Source: Gemmatimonadaceae bacterium
GTDB taxonomy: Bacteria > Gemmatimonadota > Gemmatimonadetes > Gemmatimonadales > Gemmatimonadaceae
DNA length: 64,000 nucleotides
Reading direction: 5' to 3'
Assembly: GCA_045803545.1 (NCBI GenBank)
Contig: JBJMOW010000004.1
Location: 64,001 to 128,000, forward strand
Shown: positions 1 through 10,238 of the stretch, one piece after another
Numbering within the stretch: the first letter of the stretch is position 1
How the letters are laid out: the number at the start of each line of letters is the position of its first letter
Made by a program: the position numbers and the translations under genes
Notes under the pieces: model-generated
Database searches by the model: none
The model's input: only the letters and a program-made list of their open reading frames with translations
What the model was told of the DNA's origin: nothing

Positions 1-521
1 GGGATCTCGGTAAAGCCACGCCCTCGCCAGGTCGCCACATCGTCCGCCGTCCAGCGCATGGCATACGAGATTGCTGCCCACGTAACCAGCGAATTCACAT
101 TCGATCCCTCCGCTGCGGTGTACAGAATCGCCATCCCACCGCCGCGGGAGTGCCCAAACAATCCGAATTTTCCGCTGATCCACTTCATGCGACGCGCGTG
201 ATCCTCGATCAACTCGAGATCTTCCAGCTCACGCGTGAAAGTGTTGTGCTCGAACGCTTCCGCCTCGGTAAAGCTCTCGCGGTCGCGGCCAATGCCGCTG
301 CCCGAAAAATCGAAGGTGATCGCGGTTAGGCCGTTTTGCGCCAGCGTCCGCGACAAATGGGGAAAGAACGCCCATCGCGCAAAGCCCTTGAAGCCGTGAC
401 ACACGATCACGGAACCCAGCGCGTTCTCCGCGCGGTACAGATCGCCCCGCAACGACAACCCGTCCTTACATGGAATCTCGAACGGCTCGGGTGCAACTAT
501 GCTCTGCGCCGCGCTTGTCAT
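1..521 (-). CDS. Alpha/beta hydrolase (runs off window start)
   Basis: Manual minus-strand translation from ATG 521, which overlaps the rhodanese stop as ATGA: ...VIVCHGFKGF... and nucleophile elbow GHSRGG. Not in the ORF track. Confidence 0.8.
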   Translation of the reverse strand, partial: MTSAAQSIVAPEPFEIPCKDGLSLRGDLYRAENALGSVIVCHGFKGFARWAFFPHLSRTLAQNGLTAITFDFSGSGIGRDRESFTEAEAFEHNTFTRELEDLELIEDHARRMKWISGKFGLFGHSRGGGMAILYTAAEGSNVNSLVTWAAISYAMRWTADDVATWRGRGFTEI

Positions 522-880
522 CCTTCAATATCGCCGTTGATATCGGCCCATCCCTCAATGCCGCGCGACATCGACGAGACATCTTCGTAACCCATCTGCT
601 TCATCGTCACCGCCGCGAGTGCGGATCTGTTTCCGCGTGCGCAATAAATGACGACGCGCTTATCACGCGTAATCAGGCCTTCGACTTTGCCCTCCAGATT
701 GCCGCGCGCCAGATGCACGGCGCCGGGAAGATGTCCGAGGTTCCATTCGTTCGGTTCGCGCACATCGAGGTAGACCACCGGTTCTTTGCGCGACTGCATC
801 TCCTGCACCTGTTCTGGTGTCACCTGTTCGATTTGCTGCTTCGCTTCGTCGATCAGATCCTGGCCCGTCTTGAACGTCAT
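518..880 (-). CDS. Rhodanese-like sulfurtransferase
   Basis: LDVREPNEWNLGHLPGA and YCARGNRS motifs. Start trimmed to MTFKTG. Confidence 0.9.
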   Translation of the reverse strand: MTFKTGQDLIDEAKQQIEQVTPEQVQEMQSRKEPVVYLDVREPNEWNLGHLPGAVHLARGNLEGKVEGLITRDKRVVIYCARGNRSALAAVTMKQMGYEDVSSMSRGIEGWADINGDIEG

Positions 881-884
881 CGGA

Positions 885-1805
885 TCAGCCAGTATACGGA
901 GCGACCGAGAGCGTGCAGCTATCCGCATCGAGCGTCGCCATTGCTCCCAACGGAATCGTCCACTGCTCGGCGATGTGTCCCACCGGAATTCCGGTAACAC
1001 ACGGCACGTTGAGCTCGCGCACAATCTCGCCGAGCACTTCGTCGAGGGACCGCGCGCCGCCTCCGGCATCGTCCGGACATTTCACGCACTCGCCGAACGC
1101 CACTGCCTTACACCCGCGTAACATTCCCGACAGCTTGAGCTGCTGCAGCATGCGATCGATTCGATAAACAGGCTCGTTAATGTCCTCGAGAATCAGAATG
1201 CAATCACTGAGATCTGGCGCGTAGGGCGTGCCGCAAAGCGACGCCAGCACCGCCAGATTGCCGCCGGCGAGTCTCCCTTCTGCTTTTCCGTCGCTGATGG
1301 CGCGTGCTTTCGCTGCCGCACCACATGAGTCCGTTTGGCGCACGACGGCGCGCTCGAACGAGTCGCGCGAAAACTCGCCCATCGGTTCCCGCGCAGTGGG
1401 TCCGTGATAGCTGATCAGCCAACATTTGCGCTGCACCGCTGCGTGGAGCGCTGTCACGTCGGAATAACCAATGATCGGCTTGGGATTGCTCTCGATCGCA
1501 TGGTAATCGATGCCGTCGAGAATTCGGATCATCCCGTAGCCACCGCGCAGGCACCACAGGGCATCGATAGCCGGATCCTGCAATGCATGATTGATATCAT
1601 CGAGTCGCGCACGGTCGTCGCCGGCGAGGTAGCCCAGACGCCGCTGCGCGTTTTGACCGACGGCCGGATCCCATCCGAATGAGCGCGCGTTGTCGATGGC
1701 GCGGGGAAGCTCATCGTCCTTTACGAGTGGACCGGCGGGAGCGATCAACGCTACGCGTGCGCCGGGCGTGAGCGCGTTAGGGCTACGAAAATGCTTTGCT
1801 GACAC
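885..1805 (-). CDS. ldcA: LD-carboxypeptidase (peptidase S66)
   Basis: RGGYG, GYSD (Ser), GGNL, ILED (Glu), GH (His) motifs. Confidence 0.9.
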   Translation of the reverse strand: MSAKHFRSPNALTPGARVALIAPAGPLVKDDELPRAIDNARSFGWDPAVGQNAQRRLGYLAGDDRARLDDINHALQDPAIDALWCLRGGYGMIRILDGIDYHAIESNPKPIIGYSDVTALHAAVQRKCWLISYHGPTAREPMGEFSRDSFERAVVRQTDSCGAAAKARAISDGKAEGRLAGGNLAVLASLCGTPYAPDLSDCILILEDINEPVYRIDRMLQQLKLSGMLRGCKAVAFGECVKCPDDAGGGARSLDEVLGEIVRELNVPCVTGIPVGHIAEQWTIPLGAMATLDADSCTLSVAPYTG

Positions 1806-1864
1806 GAATTACGCTTTGTGGCGCGAATTACGCAGTGATTTGCCCGCTTGCATGTGTCGTAATA

Positions 1865-1880
1865 TGGCATATGCATTGCT
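1865..1880 (+). promoter_or_regulatory. Putative sigma54 -24/-12 promoter
   Basis: TGGCATATGCATTGCT fits TGGC-N7-TTGCW, 40 bp upstream of the Gly-rich ORF. A CGAATTACGC direct repeat lies upstream at 1805-1814 and 1824-1833. Confidence 0.6.
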
Positions 1881-1920
1881 TTTGTCGCGCCTGTAACAAA
1901 CAACTTCGGAGGGTAGTGGA

Positions 1921-2385
1921 ATGGCTGATACGGAAGATCGGTTCGGCGCCAAAGGTGGCGGTGGCGGCGGCCAGGGTGGTGGTGGTGGCGGCGGTCAACG
2001 CGGCGGTGGCGGCGGCATGGGCGGTGGTGGTTCTTCCGGCGGCGGTGGGGGCGGTGGTGGACGTCCTGGCGGAGGAGGCTCCGGAGGAGGCGGTCAAGGT
2101 GGTGGTGGCGGCGGTCGTCCTGGTGGTGGTGGTGGTGGACAAGGCGGCGGCGGTCAGGGCGGTGGTGGTCAAGGTGGTGGTGGCCGTCCCGGCGGTGGTG
2201 GGGGCGGTGGACAAGGTGGTGGCGGACAGGGTGGCGGCGGTGGCCGGCCCGGTGGCGGTGGTGGACAAGGCGGTGGTGGACAAGGCGGTGGTGGACAAGG
2301 CGGTGGTGGACAAGGTGGTGGCGGGCAGGGTGGCGGTGGTGGCGGCGGCCGTCCAGGTGGGGGCGGAGGCGGCGGGAGTCGTTAA
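1921..2385 (+). CDS. Extremely glycine-rich low-complexity protein (GGGGQ/GGGGRP repeats)
   Basis: GGAGG RBS, ATG, GGN codon periodicity with varying third positions, and a terminator directly downstream. Confidence 0.7.
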   Translation: MADTEDRFGAKGGGGGGQGGGGGGGQRGGGGGMGGGGSSGGGGGGGGRPGGGGSGGGGQGGGGGGRPGGGGGGQGGGGQGGGGQGGGGRPGGGGGGGQGGGGQGGGGGRPGGGGGQGGGGQGGGGQGGGGQGGGGQGGGGGGGRPGGGGGGGSR

Positions 2386-2401
2386 CTCTCCCCGATCTCA
2401 G

Positions 2402-2435
2402 CGGGGCGTCGCGTTTGTGCGACGCCCCGTTTTTT
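2402..2435 (+). terminator. Rho-independent terminator
   Basis: CGGGGCGTCGC-loop-GCGACGCCCCG followed by a T-run. Confidence 0.85.
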
Positions 2436-2439
2436 ATTA

Positions 2440-3600
2440 ATGCGCCTGATTCCCGCGATTCTTTGGTCGCTGCCGTGGATTCTACCGCTGCTAATCACTT
2501 ACGTTCGGCTGCGGAACTCACGCTCCCTCGACGACGAAAGCGACAGTGCGCCCGACCCGGCACCGCTCGTTTCGGTGATAGTGCCCGCACGAAATGAAGC
2601 GCGCAACATCGCTCGCTGCGTCACGTCGATCCTTGCAACAAACTATCCGAACCTCGAGCTGATCGTCGTCGACGATTCATCGACGGATGGAACGCGCGAC
2701 GTAGCAGAGCGTGCCATCGCTGGCGACAGCCGCGCCCGGGTCATCACCAATCCACCGTTGCCCTCGGGATGGTTCGGCAAACAATGGGCGTGCAACACCG
2801 GTGCGAAAGCGGCGCGCGGCGCGATTCTGCAATTCACCGATGCTGACACTGAGCACGCACCCGATCTGGTTGCGCGCAGCATCAACGCGATGGAGAGAAC
2901 ACGCGCTGATCTTTTCTCGCTCGCCGGGCACCAGGAGCTTGGCGGATTTTGGGAGAAAGTCCTTCAACCGCAGATGTTCACCGTGCTGTCGATGCGCTAC
3001 GGAGGCACCGAGTCGATCACGCGATCCGATCGTGTCAGCAACAAGATCGCCGCCGGCCAATGCATTTTCGTCAAGCGATCGAGCTACGACTCGATCGGCG
3101 GTCACGTTGCCGTACGCTCGTCCGTCGCCGAAGACCTGCTGCTCGCACAGCGCTTTTTCGCCGCACGGAAGCATGTGGTGGTGATGCTCGGTGTAAAGCA
3201 ATTGTCGACGCGCATGTACGCGTCACTGGGCGAGATCATCAACGGCTGGCGCAAGAACGTCTTCGCCGGCGGACTCGACTCGGTCCCCTTCGGCAAGGTT
3301 GGACAGAGCCTCCTCCCACTCGCGCTGCTGATGCCGCCGCTGTTGGAGCTCCTCCCACCGCTGGCCCTCGCCCTCGCGATCTTCTTTCTGCCGGTGGAGA
3401 GTACGACCATTCTCTGGGCATCGATCGCGGTTGCCGCGACACTCATTTGGTGGTTCGTCGTCTATAGAAGGATCGGCGAGAATCTGTTGTATGCACTCGC
3501 GTATCCGCTTGGCGCACTAGCGCTGCTATACATTTTCTTGACGGCCATCATCCGTGGCCGACGAGTAACCTGGAAAGGTCGCACTTACATCTCTCAATGA
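2440..3600 (+). CDS. GT2 glycosyltransferase (CrtQ/HpnB-like, membrane)
   Basis: VSVIVPARNE, DDSSTDGT, GWFGKQWAC, FTDAD, AEDL motifs and C-terminal TM helices. Confidence 0.9.
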   Translation: MRLIPAILWSLPWILPLLITYVRLRNSRSLDDESDSAPDPAPLVSVIVPARNEARNIARCVTSILATNYPNLELIVVDDSSTDGTRDVAERAIAGDSRARVITNPPLPSGWFGKQWACNTGAKAARGAILQFTDADTEHAPDLVARSINAMERTRADLFSLAGHQELGGFWEKVLQPQMFTVLSMRYGGTESITRSDRVSNKIAAGQCIFVKRSSYDSIGGHVAVRSSVAEDLLLAQRFFAARKHVVVMLGVKQLSTRMYASLGEIINGWRKNVFAGGLDSVPFGKVGQSLLPLALLMPPLLELLPPLALALAIFFLPVESTTILWASIAVAATLIWWFVVYRRIGENLLYALAYPLGALALLYIFLTAIIRGRRVTWKGRTYISQ

Positions 3601-4118
3601 AACGCTGGTTGATTCTTTGCGCCGCTCTCGCGCTGCCGCCGGTCGTCGCTGCCCAACAGCCCGCCGACAGCACCACGCCGATACAACCGGCGGCGAGCTC
3701 CACTCCGACGAGTACCTCGACTCCTCCAAGCGAAGCTGCCATGCCTACCGCTGCATCAGATTCGGCCAAAGTGAGGATCGCGCGTCTGCTCCGCACCAAG
3801 GGAATCAATCCTGCCGTTGCTGAGTACTGGAGGCTCCATGACCAGGACTCGACCGCGACGCCTGAGAGCTTGCTCAACGACCTCGGCTATAATTTGCTCA
3901 AGCAGTCACGGGTCGACGACGCGATCAGAGCGTTCCGCGCCAACATCGCTGCCTATCCTGAATCGCCCCGCGTTTATGAGGCGATCGGTGATGCGTACCT
4001 GGCGGGCGGTCACCGCACCGCAGCCCGCGATGGTTATCGACGAGCCGCGGAGCTCGACACCACGATGACTCGTGCTCGACGACTGGCCGATAGCCTCAAC
4101 GCCCACCTTCGTCACTAA
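3597..4118 (+). CDS. Secreted TPR-repeat protein
   Basis: Signal peptide, then LNDLGY...AIRAF...YPES..VYEAIGDAY TPR pattern. Confidence 0.75.
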   Translation: MKRWLILCAALALPPVVAAQQPADSTTPIQPAASSTPTSTSTPPSEAAMPTAASDSAKVRIARLLRTKGINPAVAEYWRLHDQDSTATPESLLNDLGYNLLKQSRVDDAIRAFRANIAAYPESPRVYEAIGDAYLAGGHRTAARDGYRRAAELDTTMTRARRLADSLNAHLRH

Positions 4119-4193
4119 CGTTCCGCGATAGATCGCGCTGAACGGCTGACAAACGATGTGAGGGTTCGAGCGCGGCGAGCGTAGCCTCGGTGC

Positions 4194-7142
4194 GTGAAGA
4201 CTCTTGAGCGCGCCACGCAGCTTTTGCGAAACGCGAATTCGCTGGACACCCTCGACGAGCTTTTCCGCGAGCTTGGCTTCGCACCGCCACTGCTGCCGCT
4301 CGACCACTCGGCGCTGGCATCGCTCGGGCTCAACGCGCTGAGCGGCGCAAGGATAGTGAAAGGCGAGGGCGCGCTCCGCGGGCTGGCTTTGGCGCTTGAC
4401 CTCACCACTGAGTTGCGCGATGCGTTGACGGGCATCGCGAACGCGCTCGCCCGTAACGCCTCGCAGCTGCTGTGGATCGTGATTGCGCTTCGTCAGCCTG
4501 ACGAGCTGGCGATCGTCTGCTGGCGCTCAATCAACGGGCGCGTGCGCGTCGCGTCACTCATTTGCTCCAAAGACCGCGTGGTTCAAAGCGACGCGGAGAC
4601 ACTATGCATGCTCTCGGCCGTCGGCGGTGAGTCGGATCTGCTAACTCACGCGCGCTGGCTCGATGTACTCGGCCGCGAGGCCATCACCAACAGATTCTTT
4701 CGCGTACTCGAGAGTACCGTTGTCGAGCTCGCGAGATCGCTGAGTGGACGGGTTTCCGCAGCTGAGCGCCGCGAGCTCGCGCTGCTCTACGTGTCGCGTC
4801 TCGTCTTTCTCTCGTTTCTCGAGAGCAAGGGTTGGCTGAACGGCGATTTCTGCTTTCTGTCCAATACCTACGGCGATTGCATCGCCAAGGGCGGACAGTA
4901 CCAGCAGCGGGTTCTGGAGCCGCTGTTCTTCGGTACGCTTAATACGCGCATTCAATCGCGCTCTTCCCGCGCCCGTGATTTCGGAAGGATCCCATTCCTC
5001 AACGGCGGCCTGTTTTCGCGATCTGTACTGGAGAAGCAACGGCGGACGAGCCTGTTCTCCGACGAGGCGTTTGGCAACGCGTTCGGCAATCTCTTCTCGC
5101 GTTTTCGATTCAGCGGCCGCGAAGAGACTACCACCTGGTCCGACGCGTCGATCGATCCGGAAATCCTCGGCAAGGCATTCGAAGCGCTGATGGCAAACAG
5201 CGATCGCAAGAAAAGCGGGTCGTATTACACGCCACAGACTCTCGTCGAGAGACTTGCTGACGAAACCCTGCGCTGTCTCACACAGGGAACGACGCCCGGC
5301 GATCTCGATCGATTATGTCAGGCGAAGCTCCTCGATCCTGCGTGCGGCTCGGGCGCTTTCCTGGTGTACGTCCTTGAACGCGTTGCATCCCACCGCAAGG
5401 ATTGCGGCGAAGCCGGTACGATCGCCGATATCAGACGTCGAGTCTTGTCATCGTCGATTTTCGGCGTCGACCTCAACCCGATGGCGGTCTGGCTCTGTGA
5501 GCTGAGGCTTTGGCTTTCGATCGTGATCGAGAGTAAGGAGCCAGATCCGATGAACGTCGCGACTTTGCCGAATCTTGACCGTCACATCCGGGTTGGTGAT
5601 TCCCTCTCCGCCGGCTCCTTTGACGATCGCGGTAGCACCCTCGGCAGTCGCAAGCTTGCTTCACTGCGCGCGAGGTACATGCGCGCTGTGGGCCCGCGTA
5701 AACGAACGCTCGGGCGGGAGCTGGATCGCATGGAACGCGCGTCCGCCATCGACGTGCTCGCGCGCCGACGAGTGCGTCTCACCGTTGATCGGAAGGAGAT
5801 GCTGCTGCTTCTGCGCGCGCGCGATCTCTTCGGCTTGCGCCATCCGCCCGATCTCGCGACGCAGTTGCGTCTCAAGTCACTGCGTCAAAGTCTGCGTGAG
5901 TCAAGCGAGCGAGTCAGGTCCCTGCGCGCCGGCGCAGCGCTGCCCTTCTCTTTCGACGCTCACTTCCCGGACATCGCAGCCGCCGGCGGATTTGATTGCA
6001 TCATCGGCAATCCGCCGTGGGTGCGGATTCATCGGATCGATGCTGGTGCGCGGCAGAAATTTCGCCAGGAGTTCAAGGTCTACCGCAACGCGCCGTGGCG
6101 CAGCGGCGCCGAGCAAGCCGGCGCAGGCCGTGGATTCGCTGCGCAGGTGGATTTGTCAGCGCTGTTCGTTGAGCGTGCGTGCGGCCTCGCCCGCCCGGGT
6201 GGTGTCATTGCGTACATCCTGCCATCCAAGCTCTGGCGATCGCTGGCGGGCGGCGGACTGCGTGAGCTGCTTCTCGAGCACACCAGCATCGTGATGATCG
6301 AAGATCTGAGCGACGCGCGCAACGAGTTCGAGGCGGCGGTCTATCCATCGCTGCTCATCGCACGCAAGTGTGACGACTCCCGCGCGACACCGACTGGGCT
6401 GCGAGGCGACAAGGCTACTGTAGCCGAGGATTTAATCACGGTAACTGTGCGAACCTCTCGCGGCGGCAAGCGCTGGCGCTGCGAGTCCCACCGTCTGTCC
6501 GTCGACGGACCCGGCAGTCCCTGGCTGCTTTTGCCGGCCGCGGTGCGCAGGGCGTTCGATCGAGTAACCAGAGCAGGCGTTCCATTGCGGGTTACGCCGT
6601 TCGGCCGACCTCAACTTGGCGTCAAGACTGGATGCAACGACGCGTACATCGTTCGGGTGGATTCCGTCGATGGCGACATCGCGCGGGTCTCCAGTAGTCG
6701 AAGCGGTGTGATCGAGCGCTCGCTCCTTCGTCCCCTCGTCCGCGGTGAAACACTGGCGAGGTGGAAATCCGACAAGGCGGGCGAGTACATCGTTTGGCCA
6801 CACGATGACGACGCACACCCGATGCGCGCCCTGCCGCCTCTCGGGCGGGCTTGGCTGCTCCCGTTCCGCGACGCACTCTTGCAGCGAACGGACTTGCACG
6901 ACGCCCGACGCTGGTGGTCGGTGTTTCGCACTGAAGGCGCAACCTGCCACCGACCACGTGTGATCTGGGCAGACTTCGGCTTGCATCCCCGCGCCATGGT
7001 CGTGGCAGAGAACGATCGGTTCGTTCCGCTCAACACCTGCTACGTCGTTCACATCCAGAAACTGATCGACGCCTTCGCACTCGCCGCTATTCTGAACGGA
7101 CCATTGGCGACCGCGTGGCTGAACGCCATCGCGGGTATATAG
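4194..7142 (+). pseudogene. Eco57I/TaqI-like N6-adenine DNA methyltransferase, 5' part (interrupted by casposon)
   Basis: FLNGGLF, GSYYTP, LDPACGSGAF, IGNPPW motifs. The frame ends ...WLNAIA-GI* just inside the element's left end. Confidence 0.88.
7119..7132. repeat. Target-site duplication, left copy
   Basis: CTGAACGCCATCGC, identical to 21490-21503. The match extends 2 nt further (GG). Confidence 0.92.
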
Positions 7143-7163
7143 AGAAGCCTTCAGTTCGCTTCC
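7133..7163 (+). repeat. Left terminal inverted repeat
   Basis: GGGTATATAGAGAAG-N8-TCGCTTCC versus right-end reverse complement GGGTATAGAGGGAAG-N8-TCACTTCC (13/15 and 7/8 matches). Confidence 0.85.
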
Positions 7164-7266
7164 CCTTGTAGATTTCGTATCGCTCGACTGTCGATTTTCT
7201 ATAAAATCGTTCGCAGCCTAGACGTGTTACACTGCTCTGGCAGCGACTGACGATAGGAGGAACACG

Positions 7267-7989
7267 ATGTCTAGATGCACTGCACCCGTATACGGCCACC
7301 GTTCAGCTAGCGCGGCTGCGAACTGCCCTGCGTGCGGAAGCCGGTACCGCTACCGCAGCTACGGCTACGGGTCATACTCTCCATCGTCCTATTCTTCTTA
7401 TGGGAGCAGCGGAGCCGGTCGAAGCAGCAGCGGCGTAGCCCGAAGCAGCGCAAGACCTCGTTGGTCGCCAAGCAGTTCGTCAGCGGTCTACACCCCTACC
7501 GAGGTGGCGGCGCTTACGCCGATCCGCGACAACGTCGAGAAGCTGGCGACGGTGCCTGACCTTCGCGATGTCTTTCTGTGCCACGCGTGGGACGACCGAC
7601 AAGGCGTCGCGAAGGAGCTTCACGACCTCTTAGAGTCGCGGGGAGTGAAGGTATGGTTCAGCGAAAAGGATGTTGGCCTTGGCGTTCCGTTGCTTCGTGC
7701 AATCGACAAGGGCTTGGCTCACTCAAGAGTCGGAATAGTGCTAGTGACTCCCTCACTGTTGCGCCGCCTTCCGAACGAGGGCATTGCTGACAAAGAACTC
7801 TCGGCACTTCTAGCGCGTGAACGGCTTGTGCCAGTTGTGCACGAAACGACATACGAAGCGCTCCGCGACGTCAGTCCCCTTCTGGCCTCGCGAAGCGGCT
7901 TGAGCACTGCAGAAGATTCGATGACTGGCGTCGCGGACAAGCTCGCCGAGCTAGTTGCCTTTGAGCTCTGTCCCGCCCCCGAAGCGTGA
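7267..7989 (+). CDS. TIR-domain protein with N-terminal Cys/His (Zn-ribbon-like) segment
   Basis: DVFLCHAWDDR...GVKVWFSE...IDKGL...KEL TIR pattern. N-terminal C..H..CPAC. AGGAGG RBS. Confidence 0.85.
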   Translation: MSRCTAPVYGHRSASAAANCPACGSRYRYRSYGYGSYSPSSYSSYGSSGAGRSSSGVARSSARPRWSPSSSSAVYTPTEVAALTPIRDNVEKLATVPDLRDVFLCHAWDDRQGVAKELHDLLESRGVKVWFSEKDVGLGVPLLRAIDKGLAHSRVGIVLVTPSLLRRLPNEGIADKELSALLARERLVPVVHETTYEALRDVSPLLASRSGLSTAEDSMTGVADKLAELVAFELCPAPEA

Positions 7990-9092
7990 GTCGCCGAGAT
8001 GGGCAGATGACGCAGCACGCCAAACGGGGGACTGTCAAAGGTTCCTTGGTTGTAGTGCTTCCAGTTGTTCTGAACAGCGATGTTCCAAAAAAAGCAACGC
8101 GACTGCTGCTCAAAGAGCTGGAGGAGCAGTTTTCTCGAACTTTCCTTTCATTGCCGTGGGGCCAAGTGGCGAAGCTCAATGCTGAGCGACTAGCGTCCCC
8201 GAAGTCGTATCCGGCATACGCGCTATCAAAGACTCGCCGTGAATTAAAGGCGGGTCGGCCTCACTTGTTAAAGGTCAGCGTAGATGTCGAAGCACCTAAC
8301 GACGCGAACTGCGTTTGGGGTGACGACACGTTTGTAGTTGCGGAGCACCCGCAATCAGCGCTTTGTTCTGCGACTGAACGGCTTTTCGAGCGCGTAGCAC
8401 TGATGGCATTTGCTTCTCAGCTCGCCGCTCCTGGCTACGCTCATTTCCCCAAGACGGCGGGCTTCATCAATGATCAGCCCTGGGGTGTCGCTTCCGAGAT
8501 TTCCTGGGTGCTACATGAAGCGTGGTTCACTGCGACCAAGTACGGGTGGCCGTCGATTTCTCGACTTCCACTCCAAGAAACGGATGCATGGCTTTGCGGA
8601 ATTCCTGGAATACTTGACGGCATGGGCCGGGGCCGCACAGGACGTGCAATTGCGGCACTGTCACGCATTGTATGCAGCGATATAAATGACAGCTCTGAAA
8701 TGGGCATTGCTTGGTCGTTGCTAGGTCTCGAAGCGTTATATGCGGATGGCAGCCAAGGATCGAGTCAGCAAATCCTTCGAAAATCCGAGATACTACTTGG
8801 TCCTAGAAACCCGAAAAAGCCGCGACTGAAAGGGGTATATGACTACCGTTCTCGGTTTCTGCACGGAAGCATCGACATCCCACTTGCGTACACGAGAGAC
8901 AGCTTTGACCCGCCAGATCAAGGCAAGTTTATGAACGACACGTACGAATACTGGGGCATTGCCACTTGCATGCTGATCGCAACGCTTCAGCAAATGATTC
9001 TTCGCAATCTTGGCGAACTAACTTTTTCGTTGACTCTAGATGTGCCGCTAGCCAGTACGCCTGAATCGCGGAATCTCAAGCTACTGGGCTAG
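7986..9092 (+). CDS. HEPN-domain (ApeA-like) protein
   Basis: SLLGLEALY followed by YDYRSRFLHG (R-x4-H). GTGA overlap with the TIR gene stop. Confidence 0.7.
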   Translation: MSRRDGQMTQHAKRGTVKGSLVVVLPVVLNSDVPKKATRLLLKELEEQFSRTFLSLPWGQVAKLNAERLASPKSYPAYALSKTRRELKAGRPHLLKVSVDVEAPNDANCVWGDDTFVVAEHPQSALCSATERLFERVALMAFASQLAAPGYAHFPKTAGFINDQPWGVASEISWVLHEAWFTATKYGWPSISRLPLQETDAWLCGIPGILDGMGRGRTGRAIAALSRIVCSDINDSSEMGIAWSLLGLEALYADGSQGSSQQILRKSEILLGPRNPKKPRLKGVYDYRSRFLHGSIDIPLAYTRDSFDPPDQGKFMNDTYEYWGIATCMLIATLQQMILRNLGELTFSLTLDVPLASTPESRNLKLLG

Positions 9093-10227
9093 GCGAGTCG
9101 TCGTTTCCATTTGCCTCAATCAGTTTCGCAATGAGGGCCGGGATTGGATTGCGACTAAGCGCGTGCTGTTCCGCCCACGTTAGCCACTGTTTTGTGTTTG
9201 AGTTTGCGGCTGACTCGGTAGCCTCACGGACCGCTGCCACGAACGATAAAAGAGTTTGACTCCGCGCCCACTGCATTGCTTGCTCTTCCAAGTGGCGTAT
9301 TCGAGCTAGTTGCTCTTCTTTTCGTCTCGCAATTTCCGCCAGACGCTTTGATTCAAGCGCTCTAATTCGCTCCGCATCTTCCCAGTACGCTGCGCTTTCA
9401 ATCTCATTGTACGCTCTGGCAAATGCTGCAAATATGAACTCGTTAAGGCGGTCTTCGAGTTTGCCGGTTGGCGTCTCGTCTAAGCTTTTGTCTACGCCGT
9501 GTCCCCAACTATTTCTGAACACCAAGGCGAGACGGCCCGAAGGTTCGTCCTTGTACTTGGGTTCCCAGCTTGACGTCGCCTGCGTCGCAACCTTCTTGAG
9601 TTTTTCGCGAATTCCGAAGGGGATTTCGCGGCCAAGTATGTTCACGTAGGTATTGCGATCCCGCTCCTTTCGCTTCGAGCTGAGAGAAACTTTCCACCCT
9701 CTTTCTTCGAACGCTTTAACGAGAGCGTCCATGATGCGAAGCGCTCGCGGCAGAAGGTCTCGCGTGACCTCTACGTCGAGATACGATTCCTGGTAGTTGT
9801 ACAGAAATTGTTTGAAGGTCGATTTGCCTGATTGCCTAAGTATTTGTTCAGTTCGGCGGACAAGTGGATGCGCATTTCGAAGCGTGTCAGCGACAACGAC
9901 GAGGTTTTCCGGGACGAACTCGAACTCTTCCTGCTTTCTCAGCGCATGTGGCTGGGAGAGATTTATAGGCTCTGCGTGATACCCCAACGTCACTTCGCGA
10001 TCTGTCAGCGAAGGATTCTGCGGCAATGCTGGCAGGGGTTTTTGCTTCACTGGATGTCCGGCCGCTTTCTTGGCCCAATACCCACGTCCAGGGACCGGCA
10101 CGCGTAATCGCTTGCACGTTTTCGCGAGGCCGACGTCCGACAGTCCATAATGCGGCGCGAGGTTTTTCATCGGCTCTGTCCACACTCGCTCGTACAACTG
10201 CTCACGCGTTAATCTGACGATCTCCAC
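9076..10227 (-). CDS. Hypothetical protein with N-terminal HTH-like motif
   Basis: LTREQLYERVWTEPMKNLAPHYGLSDVGLAKTCKRLRVPVPGRGYWAK. Start trimmed to GTG 10227. Confidence 0.75.
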   Translation of the reverse strand: MEIVRLTREQLYERVWTEPMKNLAPHYGLSDVGLAKTCKRLRVPVPGRGYWAKKAAGHPVKQKPLPALPQNPSLTDREVTLGYHAEPINLSQPHALRKQEEFEFVPENLVVVADTLRNAHPLVRRTEQILRQSGKSTFKQFLYNYQESYLDVEVTRDLLPRALRIMDALVKAFEERGWKVSLSSKRKERDRNTYVNILGREIPFGIREKLKKVATQATSSWEPKYKDEPSGRLALVFRNSWGHGVDKSLDETPTGKLEDRLNEFIFAAFARAYNEIESAAYWEDAERIRALESKRLAEIARRKEEQLARIRHLEEQAMQWARSQTLLSFVAAVREATESAANSNTKQWLTWAEQHALSRNPIPALIAKLIEANGNDDSPSPVA

Positions 10228-10238
10228 GGATTGCTTCG

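Noticed and set aside
1796..2440. Val/Ala-rich (+) and Thr/Ala-rich (-) ORFs over the Gly repeat
   Set aside because: Shadow frames of GGN repeats. Only the Gly frame has an RBS and GG-fixed, third-position-variable codons.
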